Shown here: in pieces, positions 39,122 through 47,034 of the stretch
Layout of the letters: each line of letters opens with the position of its first letter
Numbering within the stretch: position 1 is the first letter of the stretch
Source of the DNA: Arenicellales bacterium
GTDB taxonomy: Bacteria > Pseudomonadota > Gammaproteobacteria > Arenicellales > Poriferihabitantaceae
Length of the DNA stretch: 64,000 bases
Direction of reading: 5' to 3'
Assembly (NCBI GenBank): GCA_963422685.1
Contig: OY730442.1
Location: forward strand, 2,695,847 to 2,759,846
Translations under genes and position numbers: made by a program
Notes under the pieces: generated by a model
What the model was told of the DNA's origin: nothing
The model's input: the letters and a program-made list of their open reading frames with translations, nothing else
Database searches by the model: none

Positions 39122-39883
39122 CTAGACAATTTGTTTTGGGGCCTGGGGGACCCGGGCCCAGAATTTCGGGTCATGCCCATAGAATATTCGCGCCCCGGCT
39201 TTTTCCAGCTTGCGCAGCAGCAACAGCGAATCAAGCATTTGGCTGCGATTATGAACCAGATGCGGCAGGTGCAGATTGGTCAGAGTTTCTTTTAAGTAAC
39301 AGGCATCAGCGGATAATATGATGTCACCAGAATCCAGGCGAACCTTCAGTGACTGGTGACCCGGAGTGTGGCCGAAGGTCGGTAGAGTGACTATGCGCCC
39401 ATCTCCGAACAAATCGTGTTCGCCGTTGACTTTCTGCACCAGATGACCATGATCATAATCCGCAGGAGCGTAGCCATTGGCTTTAATACATTCCGGGGTC
39501 TGCCCTGCTTCCCATTCGCGTTGTTGAATAATTATTTTGGCGTTTGGAATCAATTCATTACCGCCCGTATGATCAAAGTGCAGGTGTGAGTTAACCAGGT
39601 ATTCGATTTTATTCGCTTCGATATCCAGTTGTTGCAGACGTGACTTTATGTCCTCGCCCTGACGAAATTCAACACTAAAAAGATCCGCCAGAAATCCTAT
39701 CCTGCTGCGTGGATCATGCTGGCAGTGGGGATGCAGCCCGGTATCGAACAACACCTGACCGCGCGGGTGATCAACCAGATAAGCCGGCACCGGGAACCGA
39801 ATTCTGCCGGCTTTGCCGGCAAGCATCATGTTCAGCCCGGAGGTCAGCCAGCCGCAGGTCATGGCGTATACTTTTATGGACAC
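39122..39883 (-). CDS. Metallo-beta-lactamase fold hydrolase (AHL-lactonase-like subgroup)
   Basis: 253 aa with NSHLHFDHTGGN (HxHxDH), followed by the ...GHTPGH... and ...GHD... metal ligands. Confidence 0.75.
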   Translation of the reverse strand: MSIKVYAMTCGWLTSGLNMMLAGKAGRIRFPVPAYLVDHPRGQVLFDTGLHPHCQHDPRSRIGFLADLFSVEFRQGEDIKSRLQQLDIEANKIEYLVNSHLHFDHTGGNELIPNAKIIIQQREWEAGQTPECIKANGYAPADYDHGHLVQKVNGEHDLFGDGRIVTLPTFGHTPGHQSLKVRLDSGDIILSADACYLKETLTNLHLPHLVHNRSQMLDSLLLLRKLEKAGARIFYGHDPKFWARVPQAPKQIV

Positions 39884-39938
39884 GCAACGCCCTGATTCTT
39901 GCTGTTACTATCGGTCTGCAAACGCAGTAACACCGTGG

Positions 39939-40793
39939 TTATCCGTCGGTGCGTTCACGAATGATACGCAGCGCCTCTTTAAGATAGACCCGAAACACAT
40001 CGTAGTTTTCGCTCATCGGAAAATGGCCAATATCGTCCATCTCGATATAGACTCCGCCCCGTATCCGGCGTGCGGTATTTTCGGTGGCCTCAGGGGGAGT
40101 GAGGTAATCGTAGGTGCCGGTCATCATGATTACCGGGCATTTTCGACCCTGGATGTTTTGCAGTTCATCGCGCAGGTCGTGGTCAACGGAATAAAAGTAC
40201 AGATCTCCTTTGAACGCTTCTGACCCTTGGGTGTAATAGTGCCAGGTCAGCCAGCGATCCATTTCCGGCGATTGCGGTGCCATTAAATCCCACACACCGC
40301 TGCCACAAACCTGGGCCGCATTGGCGTGCGGATGGCGCCACCAATCCAGATAAAATCCTGGCGCATAGTCAGCCGCTTCTACCGGGATCACTGCCTTGAA
40401 TCGATCTGGCCGCCGCAGTGCAAGTTGTAATGCGACATTTCCGCCAAATGATGAGCCCATAAAAATCGGCTCCTTCAGCTCCAGCGCGTCACATAATCTG
40501 AGTATGAAATTACAATAGTGATCGGCGGTAAGTTTATATTCCTGTTTCCACCACTCGGTGTTATGGGGCGGGTCTGATTTTCCATGTCTGGGCAAGTCGT
40601 AGGCAATGACGTTGTAATGTTTTGTGATTTCTGCGTCTTCAAGCAGACCACGCCACTGGTGATTATGGCATCCGGCAGTGTGTTGACAGATGAGCGGCTG
40701 TCCCCGGCCATTATGTAGATAGAACACTTTGTACTCCTGACCATCAACATCAATTGTTACGTAGCGGCCGGTAACGGGGGAATGTTTTACCAT
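39939..40793 (-). CDS. Alpha/beta-fold hydrolase
   Basis: 284 aa with the nucleophile elbow MGSSFGG and a C-terminal ...DDIGHFP... histidine. Confidence 0.75.
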   Translation of the reverse strand: MVKHSPVTGRYVTIDVDGQEYKVFYLHNGRGQPLICQHTAGCHNHQWRGLLEDAEITKHYNVIAYDLPRHGKSDPPHNTEWWKQEYKLTADHYCNFILRLCDALELKEPIFMGSSFGGNVALQLALRRPDRFKAVIPVEAADYAPGFYLDWWRHPHANAAQVCGSGVWDLMAPQSPEMDRWLTWHYYTQGSEAFKGDLYFYSVDHDLRDELQNIQGRKCPVIMMTGTYDYLTPPEATENTARRIRGGVYIEMDDIGHFPMSENYDVFRVYLKEALRIIRERTDG

Positions 40794-40845
40794 TTTTTTG
40801 TTCCTGGAAACGCTGTTTCAGTAGGGTTGTCTGGCGAGGTCTGCA

Positions 40846-41235
40846 TCACACGGGAACGCCGCTTTTGCGCAATAGTTCAAATTGCACGGTAAAATTACGG
40901 AGATTCTGCATAAGTACCAGATGATTACCCTCAATCTTCAGGTCCTTGCGAAAACTTGCCGACCAGATACCGTGATACATTGGTTTCGGCACAGGTTGGG
41001 AAAACTCCCGCCAGGTTGCCGCTGAGGCCCGCAGTGCGAAATCATACGCATCCAGCGGCCCGGGGTCCGTGTTAATATTTTTTATCTTGCCGTCGTGCAT
41101 TTCTATAATGAACCTGCAATCGGTCATGTCAAACATAAACGAGCAGGTGTAGTACTTCGCCATTGCGCCGATGGTTTCATCGCTATTTGTCAGGTTTGCG
41201 TACTTATCTGCCCAGGTTTTAGGGTCTTGCTTCAT
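40846..41235 (-). CDS. SCP2 sterol-carrier-like small protein (tentative)
   Basis: 129 aa. The pattern ...FMFDMTDCRFIIEMHDGKI...ALRASAATWREF...LKIEGNHLVLMQNL resembles SCP2 domains. Assigned from pattern only. Confidence 0.4.
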   Translation of the reverse strand: MKQDPKTWADKYANLTNSDETIGAMAKYYTCSFMFDMTDCRFIIEMHDGKIKNINTDPGPLDAYDFALRASAATWREFSQPVPKPMYHGIWSASFRKDLKIEGNHLVLMQNLRNFTVQFELLRKSGVPV

Positions 41236-41353
41236 AATTCAATATTCTTCAATAACGTGACTGACCGCTGGCTTGTGTGCGATCTGGCACCATTGGCAAG
41301 CCCTGGCCATCCCGGGAACATGTGTCAGCCTGAAAATCATTATTAACTGTTGT

Positions 41354-43399
41354 TTAACTATTCTGCGGCTTCCCGGCGGACTTTGTCGTATTCGACCGGG
41401 TTGATGTACTCTGATCGGTGATTTCCTTGTCATAGCCACCCAGAATATTGCTGATGTTACTGATCTCTCCTGGTGACATGCCGATTTCCTGCAACAGATT
41501 ATCAACAAATGGCATTTGTGCACGGTAACGCAGCGCCGAGTTCACAACGTTATCTGCCAGACTGCTGCCCGGCGTATCATCGCCTTTTCTTGGTCTATCC
41601 CCGCTGCCGCCAGCGCCCTGGGGATGTCCATCGCTGAATCCGGGCATCCCGTTGACTTCCAGAATCTTGATAGCGTCAATGTTCTGCATTGGTTTCACCG
41701 CTTCCCGGATGATGGATTCAAGATTGCTCGCCAGTTGCATACGCAATGCACTGCGGCGACTGGCGTCGCTGCGCATATTCTCTGCCTCATTAAGCTGTCG
41801 CTTGCCAGCCGCCTCTACTTCATAACGCAGCCTGGTCGCCAACGAAGCAAACTTTTCGGCCTGCTCCCGGTCTGCGGACGCTGTTTTTTCGGCTTTGGCC
41901 AGCGTAGTCAGTTGAATCGCTTCGCGCTCCACCTGCTGGGCGGCATGAATCAGCTCGACGGCTTTTTTACGTTCTGCAATTTCCAGTTCACGCACTGAAG
42001 CAACTTTCTCCTCAGCGTCTGCGACTTGAGCGTGCGCCTGTTGTTCTTCGGTATTTGCCTGCAACACTTCCAGCGATTTTTTGGTAACCGCCAGATTGCG
42101 ATCCTGCTCTTCTATCTGCAATATCTTGAGTTTTTCGATTTCCTGGGCTTTGGTCTTTCGCTCATTTTCGATTCGAATCGCGTCAAGATTCCGCTGTTGC
42201 ACTATTTGCGCTTTTTTCACTTCTTCCCGGGCGCGGATCTGTGCTTGTTCGCCTTCCTGAAAACGCACTGCTTCCTGGGTCACCACATCCGCTTTCTGCT
42301 TTGCTCTGCGCACCGCAATTTCTTCCTGCTGCTGTAAGTGTACAAATTCATTTTCTTTTGCGATTTCGAGCGATCGGATGTCCGCTTCCAGGTTCTTCTG
42401 TTGAATCTGGATTTCGGTTTCTTTTTCGATCTGGTTGCGTAATCTGCGCCGTTCTTCGATTTCCAGGGTTAGTTTGTGATCGCGCAATGAACGTTCAACA
42501 TCAACAGCCTGTTCATAGCAGATGCGTGCTTTTTCAATTTCTTCATCGGCTTTTATCTGCGCTTCTTCGGCCTTGCGCTCCTGGTTGGCGCGCTCCACAG
42601 ACATTTCGGTGCGTTCTTTGGCGCGCTGTTTTTCTATATCTCTTTGTTGGGCAAGACGAGAAAATTCACTTTCTTTTTCAATGCCCAGCGCTCTTTTTTC
42701 TGCTTCCAGGTTTTTGTTGCGAATCTGAATCCGGGTGTCCTGTTCAATGTCGTTGCGTTTTTTCTTGCGCAGTTCAATTTGCTCGGTCAATTGGGTGAGA
42801 CCTTCTGCATCAAACGCATTGGATGGGTTGAATACTTCCAGGGCGGCCTGATCCAGGCCGGTCAGAGAAACCGCTTCAAGCTCAAGCCCGGTTTGACCTA
42901 ATGAATCTTCTACCAGCGCTTTGACCGACTTGACATAGTCGCCCCGATGTTCCTGCATTTCGTCCATGCTCATCTGCGCCGCAACAATCCCCAGGGCATC
43001 GACAAACCGGCCTTCCACCAATTCACGCAGGCTTTCCGGTTCCAGCGTACGTTTTCCAAGCGATCGCGCCGCTGTGGATACTGCTTCCCGGGTCGGCGTA
43101 ACGCGCACATAAAACTCCGCCACCAGTTCAACGCGCATTCGGTTTCTGGTGATCAGGGATTTGTCGCCGCCGCGCCGGACTTCAATGCGTAATGTGCGCA
43201 TGCCCACGGTGGTTATATTATGGATAATCGGCAATACGAAGGCGCCACCGCTAATTACAACCTTTTCACCACCGAGGCCACTGCGCACAAACGAGACTTC
43301 TTTGGAAGAGCGACGGTATAACCAGTGTAATAGATAAACTACGATAGCAATCGCAAGCCCAATCAGGATGATTACCGCAATAATGTCTGCACCGGTCAT
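41354..43399 (-). CDS. Flotillin / SPFH (band 7) family membrane-scaffold protein, YqiK-like
   Basis: N-terminal TM (IIAVIILIGLAIAIVVYLL), an SPFH domain (...VVISGGAFVLPIIHNITTVGMRTLRIEV...), and a long E/K/Q/R coiled coil with a tandem ~100-aa duplication. AGGAG RBS. Confidence 0.85.
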   Translation of the reverse strand: MTGADIIAVIILIGLAIAIVVYLLHWLYRRSSKEVSFVRSGLGGEKVVISGGAFVLPIIHNITTVGMRTLRIEVRRGGDKSLITRNRMRVELVAEFYVRVTPTREAVSTAARSLGKRTLEPESLRELVEGRFVDALGIVAAQMSMDEMQEHRGDYVKSVKALVEDSLGQTGLELEAVSLTGLDQAALEVFNPSNAFDAEGLTQLTEQIELRKKKRNDIEQDTRIQIRNKNLEAEKRALGIEKESEFSRLAQQRDIEKQRAKERTEMSVERANQERKAEEAQIKADEEIEKARICYEQAVDVERSLRDHKLTLEIEERRRLRNQIEKETEIQIQQKNLEADIRSLEIAKENEFVHLQQQEEIAVRRAKQKADVVTQEAVRFQEGEQAQIRAREEVKKAQIVQQRNLDAIRIENERKTKAQEIEKLKILQIEEQDRNLAVTKKSLEVLQANTEEQQAHAQVADAEEKVASVRELEIAERKKAVELIHAAQQVEREAIQLTTLAKAEKTASADREQAEKFASLATRLRYEVEAAGKRQLNEAENMRSDASRRSALRMQLASNLESIIREAVKPMQNIDAIKILEVNGMPGFSDGHPQGAGGSGDRPRKGDDTPGSSLADNVVNSALRYRAQMPFVDNLLQEIGMSPGEISNISNILGGYDKEITDQSTSTRSNTTKSAGKPQNS

Positions 43400-43460
43400 A
43401 ATTTCATGCTCCTAACTTGTTCTGTCGGCGACCATTTTTCACTGAAAATAAATAATAATG

Positions 43461-44159
43461 TCATGAATTCACTCGCGAATCGTTTATTGCAGCCCGATAG
43501 ATCACGAAACCGAAGATAATTTTGTTCAAAAAATCCGCGAGGTTGTAGATGATATTCAAACTATTGGTATCCACACCACCGCCCAGGTGTTCGATAAAAT
43601 AGCCGAGCGGATAAATTGCCCAGCCGATGGTGACAATCAGCCGTAAGCCGTTAAACGCCAGATGGGTGGCGTCGTTTCCGCTGTGCGCATTAACCCGGCC
43701 AGCTTCGCCCATATACAACTCACCCAGAATATACAGCCAGCCAACCAGCCCAATCAGAAAACCAAGGGTGGCGCTCATATAACCCGCCGCGCCGAGAAAT
43801 TCGCCAATGACCATCACCAGTGAACCTATCAGCAGTCGCCAGAATAACGCTGTGGAAGCCCTGGTTACCGCAGTGAGCACCACATAAAACAGAACCACCT
43901 GCATTGGATGGGTAAGCACCCAGTCAATGTATCGCAAAATTATCGGGGCGGAACCTGTGTCCATCCACATCTCTTTGGTGTAGTGATAATGGATCGCGGA
44001 GACCAGCATGACTACACCCAGCAGTGTCATTGTTGTATGCCATCTACCGGTCACCTTATTTCTTTCCAACAGGAAAAAAATGGTCGCGCCGATCAGGGCT
44101 ATGGACAACAGCCAGAATGAACCGCCGACAACATCAGTGGGTAACAGCGTCTCGTTCAT
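43461..44159 (-). CDS. Microbial (type I) rhodopsin, proteorhodopsin-like, with Leu at the proton-donor position
   Basis: 232 aa, colinear with proteorhodopsin as I recall it: SFWLL..., IHYHY (His75 equivalent), RYIDWVLTHPMQVVLFY (Asp97 and Thr101 equivalents present, Gln at tuning site 105, Leu at 108), and IYNLADFLNKIIFG (Asp227 and retinal Lys231 equivalents). Confidence 0.88.
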   Translation of the reverse strand: MNETLLPTDVVGGSFWLLSIALIGATIFFLLERNKVTGRWHTTMTLLGVVMLVSAIHYHYTKEMWMDTGSAPIILRYIDWVLTHPMQVVLFYVVLTAVTRASTALFWRLLIGSLVMVIGEFLGAAGYMSATLGFLIGLVGWLYILGELYMGEAGRVNAHSGNDATHLAFNGLRLIVTIGWAIYPLGYFIEHLGGGVDTNSLNIIYNLADFLNKIIFGFVIYRAAINDSRVNS

Positions 44160-44305
44160 GAAATATCAAATGTCTTGTTTTATTTTTATAACTGATTTCA
44201 TCGGGATAGCCGGTGGATAAACGATTGATCCCTTTCCGCCGGGGCGGAATTTGCCAGATCTGCAATCAGGTTAATGCCACCCGCATCTGGCTTAATGACT
44301 GGCAA

Positions 44306-44346
44306 TATATATCATTAGTTATAGATCCTGGTCAATAGTCTATATT
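44306..44346 (-). promoter_or_regulatory. Putative sigma70-type promoter with a palindromic box (box 2) upstream of the rhodopsin-led block
   Basis: The minus strand reads AATATAGACTATTGACCAGG-15 nt-TATATA. This is identical at 18 of 20 positions to box 1, with the same spacing, and sits about 145 nt upstream of the rhodopsin ATG. Confidence 0.5.
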
Positions 44347-44377
44347 CTTAATACAAGCATATCCTAAAGTTATAATT

Positions 44378-45421
44378 CTAGGGCTGTTCGCTCATCGTCA
44401 GAATCAGTTGCTGGCGAAAATTGTCAGCAATAATTGCCACAATCAAAAGCATGCCGATGGCCACCATTTGCAGATAAGAGTTGATACGCAGAAGATTCAT
44501 GCCGTTTTGGACCAGGATGATGAATACTGCTCCCAGCACGACGTTTGAAAGACGCCCCACACCGCCGAACAGACTCACCCCGCCGATGGCACATGCGGCG
44601 ATGGAAAGCAGAGGATAATTTGCGCCGATATTGGATTCCCCGCTTTCGAGCCGCGCGGTCAGCAGCAAGGCCGCGATGCCGGTAATCACTGAAGAAATAA
44701 TGTAGGCGCCAAGCAGATAGAAGCGCGTATTGATTCCAGAAAGGCCGGCGGCCCGTATGTTGCCGCCGATGGCGTATAAATATCGCCCCATGGGTGTCCA
44801 GTTAATGAATATATACATCACAGCGATGCACAGTACGGTAATCCATACCGGCACGGCTATGCCGCCTATTTGACCGTAACCAAATACATTGGCGAATGAT
44901 TCCGGTACGCCATAGATCGGTGTTCCTCCGGTAATCGTCAGCGACAACCCAAATACGATGGACGACATGGCCAGCGTCATCACAAATGGTGGAACACGGA
45001 AAATTGCAACGCCGATGCCATTGATTGTACCGATACCTACACTGGCGCCAAGCCCGGCCAGACAACCAATAAACACGGATTCCCAGCCGGTGCCATAGCC
45101 GGACCACAGCGACACCATGGTCATTGATGATACGACAGATGTCATGGCCAGCATGACGCCAACCGAAAGATCCAGACCTGCTGTGAGCATGACCACCATC
45201 TGCGCCATCGCCACCAGAACCAGATAGGTGGACTGCCGGGAAATCCCGAACAGATTTCTCTCCGTCAGGAAATTTTCGTTAGTGAGTCCAAATCCGATTA
45301 CGGCGAGACCCAGAAACCAGGGCAACACTCCACCTTTTATAAATAATATGGATGCGGTTCGTTTTATTTTTACTACCGCACGTATTGATTTTTTATTCAT
45401 TAATGCACGCCTTTTGTTCAA
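44378..45421 (-). CDS. CUT2-type ABC permease (RbsC-like), ordinary size
   Basis: 347 aa of BPD_transp_2 (...LTAGLDLSVGVMLAM..., ...IGGVSLFGGVGRLSNVVLGA...). It has a 4-nt overlap with the upstream ATPase gene. Confidence 0.88.
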   Translation of the reverse strand: MNKRRALMNKKSIRAVVKIKRTASILFIKGGVLPWFLGLAVIGFGLTNENFLTERNLFGISRQSTYLVLVAMAQMVVMLTAGLDLSVGVMLAMTSVVSSMTMVSLWSGYGTGWESVFIGCLAGLGASVGIGTINGIGVAIFRVPPFVMTLAMSSIVFGLSLTITGGTPIYGVPESFANVFGYGQIGGIAVPVWITVLCIAVMYIFINWTPMGRYLYAIGGNIRAAGLSGINTRFYLLGAYIISSVITGIAALLLTARLESGESNIGANYPLLSIAACAIGGVSLFGGVGRLSNVVLGAVFIILVQNGMNLLRINSYLQMVAIGMLLIVAIIADNFRQQLILTMSEQP

Positions 45422-47034
45422 AAAAAATAATTCAGCAATGCCTGCTCTGTAAGGTTGTCCCGGGCCAGTTCAGTACACAGTTCACCACGGTGCATGACGT
45501 AGGCGCGGTGGGTTAAATTCACGATTTCCGACAAGTCGGATGAGATCAGCAAGACCCCGGCGCCGGCTTCGCACACATCCCGAATAAGGCGATATATCGA
45601 TGCCCGGGTACCGACATCAACCCCGACCGTGGGTTCATCGAGAATAAATAGCTTGACGTCTCGCACTAGACTCTTTGCCACCAGTACTTTTTGTTGATTG
45701 CCGCCCGAAAGATGTTCAAGCGATCTTTCAATACCAATCGGGTTCAGGCCCAATCGTCGCGCAACCTCGCCCACAATATCTCTCTCACTCCGCCGGTTTA
45801 ACAGCAGGCCGCTGGAAAATTTCGGCAATCCGAGCGAAGGCAGCGAAACATTTTCCCGAACGTTTTGTATCATTACCAGGCCTTCAACCCGTCTGTCGGA
45901 AGGTAGATACAACATCCCGCGATCCAGCATCGCACGGGGACTGAGATCGTTGATGCGCCGCGCACTGTCATAAACCGGATCATCCAGATACGCAATACGC
46001 CCGGTTCGTATTTTGTGCAGCCCAAAACACGCCCGACCAATTTCCGACTTTCCCGAACCTACGAGACCAGCAATACCAACCACCTCACCTGCGTGCACGT
46101 TAATCGACACATCACGGGCAACCTGATTGCTCAGGTTCAGCCATTTTATATCTAACAACAATCTGCCGGACTGCGTATTAATTTCTGGAAATATCTGTTC
46201 AATGCGGCGGCCGACGGTTAATTCCACCAGCTTTTCTTCGCTGGTGTCCGCAACGGACACCGTTGCAACCTGCCTACCATCACGCAAAATCGTAATTCGG
46301 TCGCTGATGCGGTAAATCTCATTGGTGCGATGGGTTATGTAGATGACGCCAATGCCTTCGTCCTTTAGCACTTCAATCATCGCATACAGACGATTCGCTT
46401 CATGCGCGGTCAATGAAGCAGTGGGCTCATCCAGAATCATGATAGATGGTTTGGTGCGAAAAGCCTTGGCAATCTCGACCATCTGCTGCTCTGCCCGGGA
46501 AAGGTGCATGACCTTTCTCTCGGGTATCAGCGCAAATCCCAGGCTGTTCAGTGTCTCACAGGCTCGCCGATGCAAACTGGCCTTGTCGAGAAACGGCCCG
46601 ACCAGTTGTTCGGAACCCAAAAATAAATTTTCCTCAACGGTGAGCTGGGGAATTAACGAAAACTCTTGAAATACTGCACTGATACCCAGCTCACGAGCGT
46701 GTTGAACCGAGCCAATTATCACTTCTTCGTCGTTCAGGAAAACCGTCCCTGAAGTCGGCCGAATAACTCCGGCAATAATTTGGATGAGTGTCGATTTGCC
46801 CGCGCCGTTTTCTCCAAACAAAGCATGCACCTCACCCGAACACACATCGAAATTCACGCGATCCAGCGCCAGAGTGTCGGGGAAATATTTGGAAATATTT
46901 TCAAGTCGCAGCAACGGTCTGGTGCGGGCTTTGTTCGGCTTCGATACCAAACCCTCCTGGTGGCGGATTTTCACACTTTGCTGCCTCTTGTCGGTTTGCG
47001 GGTGCTGTATAGTTGTTGATGCCAGCGCATTCAA
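45418..47034 (-). CDS. CUT2-type ABC ATPase (two canonical NBDs), no tail
   Basis: GENGAGKST / LSRAEQQMVEIAKAF / MILDEPTASL, and GLVGSGKSE / LSGGNQQKV / FILDEPTVGVD. It ends ...LLNYFF. Confidence 0.9.
   Translation of the reverse strand: MNALASTTIQHPQTDKRQQSVKIRHQEGLVSKPNKARTRPLLRLENISKYFPDTLALDRVNFDVCSGEVHALFGENGAGKSTLIQIIAGVIRPTSGTVFLNDEEVIIGSVQHARELGISAVFQEFSLIPQLTVEENLFLGSEQLVGPFLDKASLHRRACETLNSLGFALIPERKVMHLSRAEQQMVEIAKAFRTKPSIMILDEPTASLTAHEANRLYAMIEVLKDEGIGVIYITHRTNEIYRISDRITILRDGRQVATVSVADTSEEKLVELTVGRRIEQIFPEINTQSGRLLLDIKWLNLSNQVARDVSINVHAGEVVGIAGLVGSGKSEIGRACFGLHKIRTGRIAYLDDPVYDSARRINDLSPRAMLDRGMLYLPSDRRVEGLVMIQNVRENVSLPSLGLPKFSSGLLLNRRSERDIVGEVARRLGLNPIGIERSLEHLSGGNQQKVLVAKSLVRDVKLFILDEPTVGVDVGTRASIYRLIRDVCEAGAGVLLISSDLSEIVNLTHRAYVMHRGELCTELARDNLTEQALLNYFF

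Noticed and set aside
42026-42798. Several plus-strand ORFs of 68-185 aa inside the flotillin gene
   Set aside because: They are shadow frames generated by the repetitive E/K/Q/R coiled-coil coding sequence. Their composition is Leu/Phe/Cys/Arg-rich nonsense.
22113-44346. The idea that the shared C-terminal tails are encapsulin or BMC cargo-loading peptides
   Set aside because: No encapsulin (HK97-fold) or BMC shell (Pfam00936/03319-like) gene is recognisable anywhere in the window. The tails also do not resemble the targeting peptides I know. The idea is kept only as a generic docking-tag hypothesis.
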